Positions 1 to 12,084 of a stretch of DNA of 64,000 nucleotides are shown here, in pieces; the first letter of the stretch is position 1; each line of letters starts with the position of its first letter. The notes below the pieces were generated by a model that searched no databases, was not told the origin of the DNA, and saw only the letters and a list, made by a program, of their open reading frames with translations. Source of the DNA: Eledone cirrhosa (lineage: Eukaryota). The DNA is taken from positions 83,514,001-83,578,000 of the forward strand of contig OZ024746.1 in the NCBI GenBank assembly GCA_964016885.1, read 5' to 3'. The translations under genes were made by a program, and so were the position numbers.

Positions 1-130
1 AGAGAAACGTTGATCCCAGTACTGTACTATTTGAAGTCCGTTTCTTATTCAACCAAGATTGCGTTCACCTTTCACGTTTTGGATATTCACCCAGAAACTT
101 ATATATATGTATATATATATATATATATAT

Positions 131-270
131 AATAATTGTTTCTACTTTTTTGCCACAAGGCCAGCAATTATCCAGTGTATTACTGGTACTTTATTTTATC
201 GACCCCGTAAGGATGAAAGGCAAAGTCAACCTCGGCGGGATTTGAACTCAGATCGTAAAGGGACGTAACT
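131..270 (-). mobile_element. tRNA-derived SINE family A (Meta-domain-like), 5'-truncated young copy
   Basis: Minus strand reads B-box GAGTTCAAATCC then GTTGACTTTGCCTTTCATCCTTACGGGGTCGATAAAATAAAGTACCAG and an ATT tail. Near-identical to 15325-15504. Confidence 0.85.
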
Positions 271-312
271 AATAATACTATTTATAGTTATGTATATAGT
301 ATAATTTATTTA

Positions 313-354
<42 letters not shown>

Positions 355-445
355 AAAACACGTGTGGCATATACAGGAAATTGAAAACTCGGAAGAAACA
401 AGCTCTGGACAATTCCCGCTCATCGGATGTTTCCAACTCTATATA

Positions 446-538
446 CAGGGTGTCCCCAAAAATGTATACACACTTTGATTACCTGTACAGACAATATTTA
501 TTACAATGAAATGTGTATACATTTTTTGAGACACCCTG
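446..538. mobile_element. Tc1/mariner-type MITE (93 bp)
   Basis: ~27-bp TIRs CAGGGTGTCCCCAAAAATGTATACACA / TGTGTATACATTTTTTGAGACACCCTG; TA on both sides (444-445, 539-540). Confidence 0.85.
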
Positions 539-573
539 TATATATGTGTGTGTGTGTGTGTATATATATATGC

Positions 574-643
<70 letters not shown>

Positions 644-700
644 ATATATATATGTGTGTGTGTGTGTATATATGTGTGTGTGTGTGTGTATATATATATA
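539..700. repeat. compound (TG)n/(TA)n microsatellite
   Basis: Alternating TG and TA runs, read directly. Confidence 0.95.
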
Positions 701-1322
701 ATATATATCAAGATAAACAAGACGAACAGAGATACAATAACACAGTTATTTATACACACGCAACAGGCTTCCGTCTAGTTTCTGTCTACGAATTTCTCTC
801 AAAAAAAAACTACCTAACCACACACACATATACTATTAGACGTCTCTACATATACAAATGTGTGCGTGTTCATATTAATAAAATCTCTCCTCTCACTCCC
901 TTGTTTCTCCTCTATTATTTTCTACCTCCCTCACGCAATACATCCACACACCTGCCTGATAAACAGTACAGATAATGTTTTGTTGTTTGTTTATTTATTT
1001 TTTCACATTACGGAGCTTTATAAAAAGAAGTTGCTATTGCTGGATGGATGACCTTGCCATAGATTGATCAACGATTACAGTTGCCAATTTGTTGTTATTC
1101 CCGCTTCCTGCCTTTGTTACAAACTATTGGTGCCGTAGGTATAGAACTGAGTCATTGTGAATTAAGTTATTTATTTCCGAGTTCAAATCTCGTCGGTCTT
1201 CTCTCTTATTTCCATCCTTCTTGAGGTTGATATAATAAGCAATAGTAATATTAATTTTCAATCGACTGGTTATATACTATTCCACATATTTGTATTTTGA
1301 AAATTTATATATATATGTATAT

Positions 1323-1479
1323 AGGAAAAGAGCCAGGACCCCGACGGCTGAGCTCTGACCGTTTCGACAGCTAAATCCGAACTGAGTTCGGATCTAGCTG
1401 TTACCCACTCCACTTCCCTAAGTATCAAGTACTCTGGTGCGTTATGGGCCACCTGGTTCCTTACCACACTTTCTTTGTT
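1323..1479 (-). mobile_element. Penelope-like pLTR remnant with 3' half of a hammerhead
   Basis: Minus strand: long hairpin (1367-1401) followed by CGAAACGGTCAGAG; bounded by TA runs on both sides; CUGAUGA half absent. Confidence 0.45.
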
Positions 1480-1579
1480 ATATATATATATAAAAATAAT
1501 AATGGTTATCTTGAACTTTCTCGCGTTCAGAAAACAAAAAAATGATTTAACGCAGAAAAGTTCAAGATAACCTATATAA

Positions 1580-1906
1580 GGGGTGACGTCCATACTCAAA
1601 TCGTCATGCAAAACGTCAAAATGACGTTTTGGACGTGACCCACCCACCCAGTACCGAAAACGCCAAGCGTGACAAAGATGAAAAACACTCATAAAATCCC
1701 TCAATTGACTTAGGGTTAAAAATTTCAGGGGGAGAGGGCACATAAGTCTAAATAAAATGGCAGAATACGTTGGCTGTTGACAGGTGCCTGTTGGAGGTTC
1801 TTAATTTATGATTATACGCAAAACGTCACAATCTTTTCTCAAAACCCACCCGCCCAAAACGTCATTTTGACGTTTTGCATGGCAATTTGAGTATAGACGT
1901 CGCCCC
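1580..1906. mobile_element. PIF/Harbinger (Tourist-like) MITE
   Basis: ~53-bp imperfect TIRs GGGGTGACGTCCATACTCAAATCGTCATGCAAAACGTCAAAATGACGTTTTGG / CCAAAACGTCATTTTGACGTTTTGCATGGCAATTTGAGTATAGACGTCGCCCC; TAA target duplication at 1577-1579 and 1907-1909. Confidence 0.88.
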
Positions 1907-1919
1907 TAACTTGTCAGAA

Positions 1920-2125
1920 CATCCAGTCCACACTGTAAAGTGGTCGTGTAGGAGACACGGTGAAAAGCTCCCATCCACACTGTGAATGTAGTTGGTGTTA
2001 GGAAGGGCATCCAATTGTAGAAAATTAACCAGAAACAGTTCTATACGAGCGAGACACAGTCAAGTGGGACAAACCCGTCTAACCCATGCTAGCGTGGAAG
2101 ATAGACGTTAAACGATGATGATGAT
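1920..2125 (+). mobile_element. family B: RTE 3'UTR-related SINE / truncated LINE tail
   Basis: GTTGGTGTTAGGAAGGGCATCC motif, terminal stem CGTCT..CCATGCTAGCGTGG..AGACG and (GAT)n tail; matches the 3'UTR of the RTE at 35571-36296. Confidence 0.85.
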
Positions 2126-3339
2126 ATATATATATATATAATATGGACGGGGTGTTAAATTTTCATTACATTTATTGAGGTGTGACGCGCGTTTTCCGAT
2201 TGATCAACTCAGGAATCAAAAGCTCATCGGACTTCTGTTATGGTAACACTACGGACTCACTAGTTTTGCTAGAAATAGCAGACAAATATTACACATATAG
2301 CATACTGCTAGATAGAAGAATTGTTTAATGGGGTATCCCATACGTTACAGTTTGAAACGTTTGTTCAACCTATTAAATTTGAGGCTTTGTGTCAAATATA
2401 AAAGAATCACTCGGTAGAACGCTGGACAAAATACCCGGGAGTTCTCGGTTTAAATTCCGAGTTTATCTTTCATCAATTCATGGCCGATGAAATAAAGCAT
2501 CCATCAAAATACTTGGATCTATTTAATATATCTATAAAGAAACTATCCTAGTTGTGCATTAAATTATAATAGAATACTATATCCTGAATATTAGTTGGTT
2601 TCAAGCTGTTGTCGTTCACCTGATCGTGATCAATTTCCAGGGCCCAATGCGAGGGAGTCGACAAATTTGGGCCCCCATCAGGCTTTCTGTGCTGAATAAC
2701 TCTGTTTGAACCATAGTCCTACAAGATTTTGGCATTTTCATTTTCAATCACTTTTTCTGGTTTGTGCTGGTACAATTTTTGAACAGTTACAAAACCTTGC
2801 TTTTGTCTTAAGTACCATTGGAGGAGTTCGCACACTTTTGCGCGAACATTGTGCAGGTACTCACAAGGTGCGTGACATTTCATCTCTCCCTCTCATATCC
2901 TACACTTCTCTGAATCTACCTGACTGTAAATGTTATGTCGTATTGTGTTTGTGTTCAGTGTCAGGCCTTGGGCAGCCATAAGCACACTTTCTGCTTCCCT
3001 ACTTCAAATCTCTTCCACTCAGTCTATCCCACGATATGCATGTTTTAAACACCCCTGTGCCTCTCTCAAACTGACCATGCAATAGCATCGCTTCGCTGCT
3101 TTCATTTTTCTCTTTTATGGTTCTGAGGTTGTAATTACTCTTGTTTTCTTATACATCATCATCATCAAGTCTTCATGTCAATGTAACAAACCATTCATTA
3201 AATTGATGAACGTAATAGAAAACTCTGATAATAAATGCCTGAGTGTTTAGTTAAGAGCTCAAACCTCGCACAGATCGAAAGAATCTAGTAATAACGTTGA
3301 TTCAAATTTAGACCCTTGTGTCAATATCAGAAAAACAAA

Positions 3340-3580
3340 CAGACGCTGCTATTTGCGGAAATGGTATAGTGGATGTAATTGACTCCAGTACTTGACTGGG
3401 ACCTCAGAAGAATGAAAGGGGAATTCAGTTACAGTCGTTTATAGAGTTCAAATTCTGCCGAGGTTAAATTTGTTTTCCGGGATCGATAAAATAAAGTACC
3501 GCTCAAGTACTGGCTCAGTTCAACAGACTACACCCATCTCCTCAAATTTATAGTATTGTGTCTCTCTTAGAAATTACTAT
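3340..3580. mobile_element. two decayed family A SINE fragments in opposite orientation
   Basis: 3440-3580 (+): GAGTTCAAATTCTGCCGAGG...GATCGATAAAATAAAGTACC; 3340-3430 (-): GACTCCAGTACTTGACTGG...GAATGAAAGG. Confidence 0.65.
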
Positions 3581-4128
3581 TGATCTAAAGGTAGTACCAA
3601 ATGGTATAGCGTCGGATTAGGCGCTTTATTATTATTATTGTTTTTCATCTGAAGATGATTGTTATTTTTCATCCGTGCAATTTAATGCCGTAAGTACCAG
3701 TAATGCACTGCGATAATTTAATTTTTTCCCCAATGAATGATCTTCGTCGGTAAAAAAAAGAAAAAAAGTTATTGCTGCGATTCGGACAGGAATTTTAACT
3801 CGAAACTGCGAGGTACAAAGCTATATATATAAACACACACACACCACACACCATTAACACTCGTTTCTCTTTCTGCATCTCTCCGCAGCCGTAGTAATAA
3901 TGACTTGGTTATGCATAATAACAGTTTCCGTATTACAACTTCTAATAATAGCAACAACAGTCTACGACCTGGTTTCGGTCAGTTGGAACCACTTTCTTCT
4001 TGCAGCATATAAATAAACTCAATGCTTATTAAAAAGGCATGAACATCACATTGTCTCATTAGTCTGCTGTCTTTTCATCGTTCTCTCTCCCTGTCTCTTT
4101 CTCACACACATGTATTTGCATGTGTATG

Positions 4129-4191
<63 letters not shown>

Positions 4192-4379
4192 TTGCATTCA
4201 TTCATGCCTATAAATAATTTTAATATAATATTTTAATCATAGCAAGAAAAAAAGAAAGAAAACCCCCCCCCCCAACCAACTCGGCTTTATACATAATAAA
4301 ATGATAATTGGAGTTGCCTCATATGTAGTCTTCATCTTCCTCTATAAAACAGACTTCATCGAAGCAACTTACGGCTGTA

Positions 4380-5010
4380 TTTTGACTGTAAAACCCTCAT
4401 GCGTCTTTCTCTCCGGTATTGCTGGTGATGTAAAGTGAAGTGAAATAAAGTGAATTAGCTTCAACTGGGTATTGAAACTCTATCGCTCGTTGTTTAGCCT
4501 TGCCGATAATCATACATACATACGTACGTACGTACCGTCTGTTTTTCGCCGTTCGCCAGTCCGCGATACGAAGTCATTGCTGCTGCTATCTTCTTTATTT
4601 TACTGAGAAGCTTGTATCTTGGAAAGAAACGATGGCTTACTCCATATTCTTATTGTCTCAGAATTTGTATGTAGCATTTCGGACTAGAGATCAATTTCCC
4701 CACCCCATGAATTTATTTATTGGCGATGATTCGCCTTAGGGCTACGCGATGTAAACAATGACATCGGCAGGTTGTGCACCTTATGTAGTTTCGCTTTTAT
4801 AGTCGCGAAACAGGACATATACACTTTTTTTTATTTCTCTTTGTACATCACAGAGATAGCCAAACACTCTCGCACACATATAAAACACACATACACACGC
4901 ACATATACATGACCTGTTAAGCGACTACGAAAACAAACGGCTTCCTTGGCGAAAACTGTCGGAGTCATTGTTTACATTGCGTAGATCTAAAAACGAAGGA
5001 TCGCCTATTT
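4380..5010 (+). promoter_or_regulatory. CpG-rich unique segment, candidate promoter / first exon (ATG 4632, MAYSIFLLSQN, then GTATGT)
   Basis: Many CpGs in non-repeat sequence; ATG followed by a donor-like TT|GTATGT. No homology evidence. Confidence 0.25.
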
Positions 5011-5373
5011 ATTTTATGCAAAACTTATTGGTTTAAATTGTTTGCCTGGTTTGTGTGTATGAGTCAGTTTTACTGGTCATTGTTTTCTTATCCTTGGAAA
5101 TTCTATAACCATCACATAATAGGTTAAATAATCGAAGATGTATCCCTATGTCACTTTTTATTCTCTCACTAAGCTCAATGTCAGTATAACCTCTCTCATA
5201 GCATACATATACACTCTCTCTCTCCTCTCTCTTTTACACACCACACACTCCCTCCCCCTCTCTCTCTAACACATTCTACTTAATACTCTCTCTACGTCTC
5301 TCATCTTTCTTATAGTAATTAATCCCATTTTAATGAAACTAATGGCTTTCGAATGATATAACATGTTTTATCC

Positions 5374-5411
<38 letters not shown>

Positions 5412-5662
5412 CACTACCACTACTACTACTCAATCTAAACACGTTTGATTCTTTCTACTTTGGTAGAGTGTCACGTATACTCTTAAACGCGAAAACGTAC
5501 ATATGGAGAAGTAAAAAAAAATCGTCTCTGCGCTGGTTAGAATATCGAAATGAGAAAAAAGTGGATCCAATATTTGCTGTATCAAAGGTGAAGGTCACAG
5601 CGTCCGCGCTCGTCTCTTCATTTTTCAAGGAGCCCTGGATTCTGACAGGTGAGATAAACCAA

Positions 5663-5812
5663 TAAGGAAGTTTCTGTGGTTGCTCAACTTGGCAGAAATA
5701 GCAGCCATATCTTTTTCAAACCACTCTAGGAAATGTGGTCAAGGATACACTATTTCAGAAGATAAAGACGGTATTGTCATGGTTGAAATCGACTGACCTG
5801 GGGTTAAACAAC
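5663..5812 (+). mobile_element. family D SINE-like repeat (GCTAGAAATAGCAGCC...GACCTGGGGCTAAACAAC)
   Basis: Same motifs recur at ~6530-6680(-), 9590-9780, 14880-15020, 26705-26880(-), 28485-28700, 32915-33070(-), 39480-39672, 45290-45467(-), 56425-56540; (CAA)n tail. Confidence 0.7.
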
Positions 5813-5909
5813 GAAAGTTCTAAAAGAATTAAAGACTGGCGAATCTTTTCGAATTTTTGGTAATCTTTTTTGTAGACATCTCAATATTATGGTTTTTGGG
5901 TGAGTTATA

Positions 5910-6133
5910 CACGATGGACCAAATGTCTCAAAGAGGTTACAATATATAGCTCCTTTATTTTTTAAAATATATATATTAAAAGAAAAAATTAACATCATAG
6001 CATCATATGCACTATACATAGGATATAAATGTACGCTAGGTGTGAAAAATCACATCTCATATATTACAAAAAAAATATATATATATATATATATTTTTCC
6101 CCTCTAAAATTTCAAACCGCTTGGCCCACTCTG
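5910..6133. mobile_element. possible decayed Tc1/mariner MITE
   Basis: TA-CACGATGGACCAA ... TTGGCCCACTCTG-TA imperfect TIRs. Confidence 0.4.
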
Positions 6134-6919
6134 TATTATAACCACTGAAGACTTTACCCTTCTCCGAGCAATTCACATCTTTCCAAGCTATTTTCTCGTG
6201 CGAAAGAGTTAATTTCAACCCCGAAAACTAACGAAGCATACATGAATTTTATAATGCTTCATCCCTCCAGTGAATTGTGCCATGCTGTTTGCTGTATATA
6301 TATTTACATTTGGGTAATCTGGTTGTTTGGAGTTGCCAAGGATACGTGGCGGTTGTGGGCTATGACCTCCCTTCCCCATTCATTTGTAATTAGACGTTGT
6401 ATCGAGACTGCCATTTGATGATTCTAGCCATCCTTAGATTATTGTTAATGTTTTTTTTTGTTTTTTTAAGGAAATGAAGAGTTTAAAAAAGGAAGTCATA
6501 TTCTGTTTTTGACAATTTGGCATGACTTATGGTGGTGTAGTTTTGTCGTTTAACCCCAGGTGAGGACTGAATGAACAATCGATTGCTATCGTAGGCATTT
6601 CATCTGTTATCATCATCTCTCTTCAGACATCTAGAATTATATTATGCAGATCTGGCTGCTATTTCTGGCACTTGTGCTGATTTATAGGGAAAAAGTAACG
6701 GCAGACACTTAATCCTGGTTGTCAGTCATACTGCTGTTTTTAAAAAATGTTTTTTTTTTTTTAAATTCTAGATCACGCCAAAATGTCAGTCAAAAGCGCC
6801 TTGACTACCTAATATGCCTGTATAAATTCGAAACCCTTATGTTAAAACGGTGCAAGTGGTAGAAACTGTATGTATCTATATGTGTATTTGAAGGATTAGT
6901 GGGTAGCGCTTGATTCACG

Positions 6920-7878
6920 GCAGCGCGTTGTGTGTTGGGTGCTTTTTTGTCGTGACACCTACACGACCACTTTACAGCGTGAGCTGATGACTGGGGCGGG
7001 GGTGTAAAGGCGTTAGAGAATGGTAAGGTGATTCGGATGTGGGAGGTGTAAGGAAGAGGGAGGATATGGGTTAAGTGGTGCATACTAGATATATGCTTCA
7101 ACCCATGCGCATGGGAAGGTGGGTCTTCTGTATTACTGCATAACCAAGATCTCAATCCTGTGTCATCACCTTTGATAGGTGCAATTGTGGAAGGACAGCT
7201 TTTATCAACCCATCCCAGGTCTTCCTACATTATAGCTTCCATCAACTTTGATTACCCTGCACCTTTTTATACAGCTGCCACCTTTCATATGCAACGCAAT
7301 GTCCTCTCTTGCACACTGCATCTGATCCCTCTTATGTCCAGTTTCTCAGTTCATTTATATTACTGTTGCGTATCCATCGGGGCATGCAGGCTTGATTTCT
7401 TTCCAATCTTTGTAGGTTCTCTGCACACAGCGCCCAGGCCTCACTACCATGCAACATTGCTATTCGTATACATGCATTATATAATTTGCCCTTCATTTTG
7501 AAGGGAAAACCTTTTGTAGCTAGCAGCGGTAGTAGCTCCCTGAACTTTCTCCATCCCGTTCTAACACTGGCTACTGAATTTTCGGAACACTGCTAGTTTG
7601 GTCACCCAGGTAACAGGAACTATCGACTGTTTCTACATATTCCTCTGGGCATTTAAAAGAACTAATATTCTGTGCGCCTTTGTTACTCGTACCTGTGCAT
7701 TGGCTGCATATGAAACCTACGTTTTTTGATAGCCTCTTTTGTGATTCCTTTACATCTTTTGTGTTCCCAAAACTAGCATTTCCTTGGGGAATCTGGGTCC
7801 TTTTTCCTTTCTACATATTAGGACTTAAGTCTTTGACAAATTAACTTTAAGACCTTTTGATTCTAGGCCATGCTTCCA
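6920..7878 (-). mobile_element. RTE-clade LINE 3' fragment (end of RT domain, C-terminus and part of 3'UTR), disrupted
   Basis: Minus strand translates WKHGLESKGLKVNLSKT, WRKFRELLPLLATKGF, LYNACIRIAMLHGSEAW; frameshifts and stops; 3'UTR modules shared with 35571-36296. Confidence 0.88.
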
Positions 7879-7933
7879 TATATTATTATTTTTCTATATA
7901 TTATTCCTTCATAATTCTTGTTATATATATGTA

Positions 7934-7976
<43 letters not shown>

Positions 7977-8232
7977 AGTGAACAAACAAAAGAACAGACA
8001 ACAATACAATGAATATATATATAGTAATCAGAGGCTAATGGAATTATTACAGAAACGGTGGCGTTTTTTTTTAATTGAAATTGCATTTACTCATCTGACA
8101 CGTACATTATACCTATTGCGTAATCATCCTTACATTAGAATAGAACAGAAATAGAAATGTGTTCAATGTCAACGCCTGGATACCTGTTAAGTACAGCTCA
8201 TCATGTATATATATATATATATATATATATAT

Positions 8233-8425
8233 CCAATATCATTAAGGTTAAAAAGTGAGTCTTGTTACTCTGGAGTTTCGCCTGTTTATCACATGGTCAT
8301 CTGAAAGTTCTTGTCTGATGACCCTGTGATATACAGGCGAAACTCCAGAGTAACAGGCCTTAATAATATTGTATATTAAAACTCTACATAGGTATTGCGT
8401 ACTCCTTTCTCTCAGCCGTTAACTG
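8233..8425. mobile_element. Penelope-like pLTR remnant with inverted duplication
   Basis: ~45-bp inverted repeat 8261-8303 / 8313-8357, each arm a hammerhead-like unit; adjacent to TA/CA microsatellites. Confidence 0.6.
8310..8357 (+). ncRNA. minimal type I hammerhead ribozyme motif
   Basis: CTTGT-CTGATGA-C-CCTGT-gatat-ACAGG-C-GAAA-CTCCAGAG-TA^ACAGG: core intact, stems I, II and III can pair, GUA cleavage triplet. C-C mismatch at the base of stem II. Confidence 0.75.
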
Positions 8426-8459
8426 AGTGTGTGTACACACACACACTCATACACACAGT

Positions 8460-8620
8460 TATGTTCCTAGTTCAAGTTCCGTTGAGGTCAGTTTTGCCTT
8501 TCATCCTTTCGGGGTCGATAAAATATATCAGTCAAGTACTCCAAGGTCAATATATTTAACCATACTCATCCTCTAAAATGTATATATAGCCTTGTGCCTG
8601 TGACAGAATTCAATAATAGA
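8460..8620 (+). mobile_element. family A SINE fragment
   Basis: GTTCAAGTTCCGTTGAGGTCAGTTTTGCCTTTCATCCTTTCGGGGTCGATAAAAT...GCCTTGTGCC. Confidence 0.75.
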
Positions 8621-9780
8621 GCTAATCAATTTTACCGCGCCATAGTGTCAGAGATCCTGTTGAAACGTTTGAAAAATTGAGTACTATTGTTAGTTCAGTA
8701 AATTTTTACCTCTCCAATGAGATGGGAGTATATTTATAGACATTCGCAGTTAGTCAGACTTTTAAAACTGCATTTAGCATGTTACATCCCAATTTTCGTC
8801 AGTGCCGCAATCCACAGCTGGTTGCACGACCTAGAATCTATTGCATACTGTAACCCCTCATGGTTCTCGAATTCAAATCCACTGCAAACGGCACTAAATA
8901 GTCTAAAATGTCTTGCTCGGTTCACTTCTTAGGGAAATGGAGGTAGGTTACTTGAGAGAAACCGATGATCTTACACAGTAAGGGATTTTCTCTCGTTGGT
9001 TAGGTGCAACAGTGAAGAATGAAGTACAGTTTCCAAAGCCTTCGGGCTTAGTGGAATTTTGTTTGGTATGTCGTAGGATTTCGGAAAGTGTCATTCATCA
9101 AGTCAAAATATTTTGATTTCAGCGAAACAAAAGATAATTCAGGGCTGTCTGCAAAATCTATGAGATTAACGGAGTAATGTTTATGGATGGAAATTGCGTT
9201 CAATGAACTCTGGTCTGCTGCTGTTTCTATTGCGAGGGTTTAAATACGATAGCAACGGATTTCTCTTTCTCTGTCTTTCTTTCTTTCTATCACCTTCCTC
9301 TATTTATATATAGAAAGAGTATCTCTTTGTCTCACTTGTATGCGCACGCACACATATTCTCTCTCTCTCTCTCTCTCTCCTATTTATAGCTATATACAAA
9401 GAGTAAGCCTTTTTGCCCACCCATTCACAAATACACGTACATACTCTAGACACTCACATTTCCTCTCTCTCTCTCCTTCACTCTGTCTCTCTCGTCTTGT
9501 TCTTTCTTTCGCCCTCTCTCATCGAGAAACCTTGTTTTTCTCTCTTGTGTATTCTTTCTCTGTCTTTCTTTATTGCACACACCCTATGAGAGAGCCCCCC
9601 CACTCGACCTACTAGAAATAACAGTGAAATTCTTTCAATTCACATCCTAGCCTTCTTAGGAGGAAAAGAAAAGACACATAGGCGAATATAGTCCTAAATA
9701 AAGTCGGAATGGTTATGACTGGAATACGTTTGATCATAGGCCTGCTCAATCACGGTTGACCTGCCACTAAACAACAACCA

Positions 9781-10895
9781 TTTTTCTCTTTTGCTATCAC
9801 TTCCGTGTTCTTGTTCAGTTTATCTCGTTTCCCTCTGTCCACTTCAGTTATTTCCCCCTCTTCCTACTTTATTGTCTCTGCCTTTCCTTTTTTCTTTATC
9901 TCTTATCTTTCCTATGTCTTTCCTTCTATTTTTTAATGTTGTCTCTTTCCTTTCTTTATACGTCTTCCACATTTTCTTTGTCTGATTCTGTCTCATTCAC
10001 TAGTTAGTTTCTCTCGCTGTCTGTCACTCTGTCTCTCTCTTTGTCTTATTCTTTCTTAACCTCTCTCTCTCCTCCAATATATTCGTTCTATTTCTGTTCA
10101 CTTATTCTTCTGTTTCTCTCTCTCTTCTTTCTTTAATCTTTCTTTATTTATCTCTCTCACTCTCGTATCCTTTATCTTTCTTCGTCTCTCTCTCCGTTAT
10201 CTTTCTTTGTCTGTCTGCCTCTCTCTTTCATATCCGTTATCTTCCTTTGTCTGTCTTTCTCTCTTTCCCTCTCTCATATCCGTTCTCTCTCTCTCTTTAT
10301 CTTTGTATATAATTCTCTCTTACTCTGTCTCTCCTATCTTTATTTTTCTTTGTTTCTCATATATTCCTGTATATGTGTATCTCTCTCCGCTCTTTCAGGT
10401 ATTCTCCTTTGTTTCATTCTCTCCTTTCCTTTATCTTTTTATCTGTTTTTGTATGTATCTATCTCTCTTTCCTTCTATCTTACTTTGTCTTTCTTTCCAC
10501 TTTCCTTTATCTGTCTGTCTCTCTTATACTCCATCTTTCTCTTTTTCTCCGTCTTTTTCTATATCCCCCCCATACTTTCTCTCATTCTCTTTATCTCTCT
10601 CCCCTATACTTTATTTTCCTCTTTCCTCCTCCTCTCTCTCCTCTCACCTGTAGATTTTTTCTTTGTACATATTTATTTCTCCTAGTTTTTGTCTGAAACT
10701 CCCCTCTTTCTTATTATTTGTTTAACCTTTCTTTACATTTTATCTCTTTACTTTCCTCCCTTCTTATACTTTTTATTTTCTCTCTCTTACCTTTTCGTAT
10801 ATTTCTTTCTTTCTCTTATTTATTCTCCTTTGCTTTGTTTTCTCATTCTTTCCTTTCCGACGAATCTCTTTTTCTTTGGGATTTATTTTCTGTTT
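9781..10895 (+). repeat. ~1.1 kb pyrimidine-rich (CT/TCTT) low-complexity tract
   Basis: Almost entirely C/T on the + strand; decayed (CT)n. Confidence 0.9.
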
Positions 10896-11099
10896 CAATA
10901 GTTTACTTATTGCCAGATCAGCAGGGCATTGGTCAATGATTGAAGAACATTAAATAACCTAGAATAAAGACAAGGAGATTGATTGGTCTTTATGATTCTC
11001 TTCTTCCTTGTCTGAAAGGAAAAACAATTATAGTAGGCCATAAAATATTCATATTTGAAGCCTTTTGATATTAAACCCCACAAATTTGCCATATGTTGC

Positions 11100-11295
11100 A
11101 AAACTGTTTATTTTAAAGTGTTTATAATTATCTAAATATCATCCATCAAATTTATGTGAGAACCTTTGTTATGTTATGTTCCAAACACCTGCTTAATAAT
11201 GAGAAAGTTGATTAATCCCTCTAAATTCTTGATTATTTTCAAAATTAATTGAAAACCATGGGTTATCTTTCATTGGAAATATAGTTATGAAAGGG
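11100..11295 (+). mobile_element. piggyBac-like MITE family 2 (partial)
   Basis: Internal TTATGTTCCAAACACC and terminal GAAAGGG-TTAA; further copies ~18725-19460, 42413-42643, 46905-47180, 48058-48310(-), 58655-58874. Confidence 0.65.
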
Positions 11296-11339
11296 TTAAA
11301 TCTACCATCATATATTCTATGAGAACAATTTATAAAATT

Positions 11340-12075
11340 ATTCTCAAATTGTGAGAAGAATTTGTGTTTTAAGATACCTTCTCAGTTTTAGTGGTATTGA
11401 GCTCAAAGACAACCGGAATTATCTTGATGGTGTTAGGTGGCATTGATCACATTAATGCAATTTCGATTTTCAAGCGAGTATATTTTGCGATTTTTAATTT
11501 TTTTAATTTTTTTTTTTTTTTTAAATTTCCTTTGAAGCTATGTTTTTGTCTCCTGGGATTGTAACATCAATACTATGACTTCATGCCTATTTATCTGCAT
11601 AACTATAATATCAGGTTTGTCGTATTCAAGCTTACATCCCCTTTGGATAATGAAGTCCCAGAGTATCTTGGGGTTTTTTTTTTATCATCAAAGACACTTC
11701 TAGTGCATGCTGATACCACTTATTAGAAACCTTATATCCATATTTTTTGCACATTGACCAGTGGAGACATACATAGACCTTGTCCTGTCTTTTACACTCG
11801 TTTTGTGCTAGCATTTTGTATGTGCTCACTATGTAGGTGACATTTCTGTATTAATTCCACTTAGATAGCACTTCACACCTTCACCAAGTTGATATATATA
11901 TATTTTGTCACCGACAAAGTACTCAAAGCTTCATCTTGGGCTGATATCAGCACCGTTTCAGTCACTCTGAAGAGCCAATCCCAAGATGTTTCAGTTTTTA
12001 ACTCAGGCATTTGTTGCTCAAATTAGCCATGCAATGGCTTTCCAAATACTGCTTCTCTTTTCTCTGCTGAGACTC
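11340..12075 (-). mobile_element. R4/Dong-like non-LTR retrotransposon C-terminal remnant (RLE endonuclease), pseudogenised
   Basis: Minus-strand pieces: GKPLHG*F, SWDWL, ETVLISAQDEALST, KMLAQNECKRQDKV..LHWSMCKKYG..NKWYQH, KILWDF, KPDIIV, IDVTIPGD, KIAKYTRLKIEI. This is the motif order of the PD-(D/E)xK RLE domain of R4-clade elements. Confidence 0.85.
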
Positions 12076-12084
12076 ATCTCTTAA

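Noticed and set aside
59-268. Repeated ORF ending RPRKDERQSQPRRDLNSDRKGT (also 15233-15454)
   Set aside because: Antisense reading of the family A SINE, not a duplicated gene.
395-435. Minus-strand CCGATGAGCGGGAATTGTCC, possible hammerhead 5' half
   Set aside because: Core mutated and no GAAA follows.
427-975. Overlapping Cys/Val/Tyr-rich ORFs
   Set aside because: Run through a MITE and a TG/TA microsatellite.
9791-10939. Hydrophobic Leu/Ser/Phe ORFs resembling membrane proteins
   Set aside because: Artefact of the polypyrimidine tract.
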